A stretch of DNA of 63,041 nucleotides, counting the filler, from Thermodesulfobacteriota bacterium (GTDB lineage: Bacteria > DASVDK01): NCBI GenBank assembly GCA_036381125.1. It is 6 parts of 6 records of this genome, joined end to end, with 100 filler letters (N's around TTAATTAATTAA, not from the genome) between each part and the next. Parts side by side here need not be neighbours in the genome. Positions count along the whole stretch, not along the records: positions 60,714 to 63,041 come from DASVDK010000068.1; 5 more parts are not named here. One strand, 5' to 3'. Within the stretch, counting starts at the first letter, position 1, and every line of letters starts with the position of its first letter. The notes under the pieces are model-generated. The model worked only from the letters and a program-made list of their open reading frames with translations, was not told the origin of the DNA and searched no databases. Shown piece by piece: positions 60,714 to 63,041 of the stretch. A program made the position numbers and the translations under genes.

Positions 60714-62066
60714 GCCGCCGCTGCGCCGCTCGCTGTCCAGGCATTCCTCCAGCGCGTCGAAGAGCCGCTGGAAGTGCTCGGGGCGGTGCGCGGCGGTGGC
60801 GCAGAGGCGCAGTCGCGCGAGGCCGGGGGAGACGGCGGGGTAGGTGACGGCGGAGACGAAGACGCCGCGGGCGAGGAGGCGGCGGGCCCAGCGGTAGGCG
60901 CGCCACTCGTCGCCCAGGAGCACGGGGACGACGGGGGTGGTCGAGGCGCCGGTGGGGAGGCCGAGGCGGCAGAGGCCGTCGCGGAGCACGCGGGTGTTCT
61001 CGCGCAGGCGGACGAGGTGCTCCGGCTCGTCGAGGATGATGCGGAGCGACTCGAGCGCGGCGGCGGCGTTCGCGGGCGTGATGGCGGCGGAGAAGATGTA
61101 GGGCGCGCTGCCGTGCTGGATGTAGATCTTGAGCGGGAGCGAGCCGGCGAGGAAGCCGCCGGAGGATGGGATCGCCTTGGAGAGCGAGCCGGTGACGATG
61201 TCGATGCGGCGGGGGTCGACGCCCTGCGCCTCGCAGATGCCGCGGCCCTCGGCACCGATCGCGCCGATGGAGTGGGCCTCGTCGACGAGGAGGAACGCGC
61301 CGTAGCGGTCCTTCAGCTCGATGACCTGGGCGAGCGGGACCTGGTCGCCATCCATGCTGAAGACGGAGTCGACGGCGACGAGGATGCGCTTGGCGCCCTT
61401 GGCGCGCGCCTGTCGCAGCCGCCGCTCGAGGTCGCTCATGTCGTTGTGGCGGAAGCGGCGCGCCTGACAGCCGGCCATGCGCACGCCGTCCTGGATGCTC
61501 TGGTGCGCGTACTGGTCGAGGATCACATGGTCGTCGGGCCCGAAGAGGGCGGTGATGGCGGCGACGTTCGCGTCGTAGCCGGAGGCGAAGGTGGCGGCGG
61601 CCTCGTGGCCGAGGAAGCGGGCGAGCTCGTGCTCGAGCTCGAGGTGCAGCTCGAGCGTGCCGGTGAGGAGGCGGACGCCGCCGCAGGACGTGCCGAAGCG
61701 CTCGACGGCGCGGTTCACCGCCGCGGTCAGGCGGGGGTGGCCGATCAGCCCGAGGTAGCTGTACGACGAGAACATGACGAAGTCGGCGCCGAGCGCGCCG
61801 CTCTCGGGGCCGGCGGCGCGGGCGAGCGGGAGCTGGTACGTGTAGAGCGACTCGGGGAGGCCGTCGCCGAAGATCTCGAACCAGCGCTTGACGTTCGGCG
61901 TATCGAGGAGCGAGCCGGGTTCGATGAGGTCGTCGCCGGACTTGCCCTCGAAGTAGCCGTCGAAGGGATCCCTCGTGAACGCGTTCAGCCGTTCAGACGC
62001 CGGGCCGGAAGGCGACCTTGATGGAGCGGTGGCCACCTTTGTCGAGAGCGGCGGAGATGGCTGCAC
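60714..62066 (-). CDS. PLP-dependent alpha-oxoamine synthase (BioF/Kbl/serine palmitoyltransferase family), 3' end truncated
   Basis: FSSYSYLGL, DSVFSMDGD, VDEAHSIG and GSLSKA; GGAGG SD 6 nt before GTG 62066. Confidence 0.9.
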
Positions 62067-63041
62067 GATAGTCCTCCAAGTCGAAGACGTGAGTCAGCAT
62101 GCCGAGCTCGTGGAGCCCGTCGCGGCGGATGAGCTCGAGTGAGGCGTCGTAGATGTCCCGCTCCTGCCGGTCGAACGGGGCGAGGCCATAGGCGAAGACG
62201 CCGGCGACGGCGAGCTGGCGGTACCAGATGCGGGTCCAGTCGGCGGCGAGTTTGGCGGCGGCGCCGACGAGGACGATGCGGCCGCCCTCGCGGGCGAGGG
62301 CGAGGGCGTCGCCGACGGAGGCGCGGGTGCCGACCGTGTCGTAGACGAGCGAGGGGCCGCCCTCGACGAACTTCGGCGCGAGCGTCGGCCGGTAGCTGCG
62401 CGCGTCGGGGAGCGAGGCGGCCCAGGCGTAGGCCTCCTCGCGGCGGGCGAAGATGTGCGAGGCGCCGGCGCGCTCGGCGAGCTCGCGCTGGAACGGGTAG
62501 CGCGCGAGCGTGGCGATGGGGCCGGTCCAGCCGACAAGGCGCAGCGCCTTGATGGTGAGCGCGCCGATGGTGCCCGCGCCGATGACGAGGACGACGTCGT
62601 CCTCGCGCGGCGGGTGCAGGAGCACGGGGCGGAGCGCGGAGGCGAACGGGTCGGTGAGGACGCCGACCTCGTCGGAGAGCTCGCCGAGCGCGTGGAGCTG
62701 GCTCCGGTGCGCGACGAAGAAGCGGGACCAGCCGCCGCCGACGGCGGGGCAGTAGCCGATCATCGGCCCGGTGCCGACGGCGCCGTCGGTGGTGCGGCGG
62801 CAGAGGCCGTACTCGCCGCGGGCGCAGGCGGGGCAGGGCGGCTCGAGGCCGCGCTGCGCGCAGGAGAGCATCGGGTTGACGACGACGCGGTCGCCGACGC
62901 TCCAGGGCGCGGCGTCGCCGCCGGTCTCGACGATGCGGCCGACGTTTTCGTGGCCGAACGTGAAGGGGTAGGCGCCGAACGGCTCGAGGGTGAAGGAGTC
63001 GTGGGCGGTGAGCGCGGCGAGGTCGCTGCCGCAGATGCCGC
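61993..63041 (-). CDS. Zinc-dependent alcohol dehydrogenase (partial)
   Basis: GICGSDL, GHENVG, structural Cys cluster CPAC..GEYGLC and GAGTIG. Confidence 0.9.
   Translation of the reverse strand, partial: GICGSDLAALTAHDSFTLEPFGAYPFTFGHENVGRIVETGGDAAPWSVGDRVVVNPMLSCAQRGLEPPCPACARGEYGLCRRTTDGAVGTGPMIGYCPAVGGGWSRFFVAHRSQLHALGELSDEVGVLTDPFASALRPVLLHPPREDDVVLVIGAGTIGALTIKALRLVGWTGPIATLARYPFQRELAERAGASHIFARREEAYAWAASLPDARSYRPTLAPKFVEGGPSLVYDTVGTRASVGDALALAREGGRIVLVGAAAKLAADWTRIWYRQLAVAGVFAYGLAPFDRQERDIYDASLELIRRDGLHELGMLTHVFDLEDYRAAISAALDKGGHRSIKVAFRPGV

Overview
This window is not one locus. It is six very GC-rich bacterial contig fragments (about 1-9320, 9421-14657, 14758-22091, 22192-50641, 50742-60613 and 60714-63041) joined by artificial N-TTAATTAATTAA-N linkers, which suggests a draft or metagenome-assembled genome. 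The gene order rpsA-sppA-ihfB-HIT-lapA-mutS-glnD suggests a delta-proteobacterial-like organism (inference). Housekeeping content: glnD, mutS, ihfB, rpsA, lipA-lpdA-sucA, pyrR-pyrB-pyrC-upp-carA, lepA-lepB, a cold-shock protein and an RpoD-like sigma factor. Accessory content: RpiR- and TetR-controlled modules, a USP/CBS cluster with a MacAB-like exporter, a LIV-type transporter with a catabolic cluster, lutBC, a hybrid histidine kinase and an orphan hicA. The most notable signals are non-coding. (1) An IS110-family element ends at a CT dinucleotide inside a 25-bp CTGACCCC/GGGGTCAG REP-like repeat array, and a second, MITE-like member of this repeat family lies at 47.5 kb. (2) A 21-bp tandem array fills the predicted 5' leader of the DUF2062-hemolysin-lepA-lepB operon. 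(3) There is a PyrR-binding loop over the pyrR ribosome-binding site, paired candidate RpiR operators, several sigma54-type promoters and a probable non-canonical AUC start for lipA. No rRNA, tRNA or CRISPR array was recognised. All calls come from reading motifs by eye; no database searches were run.
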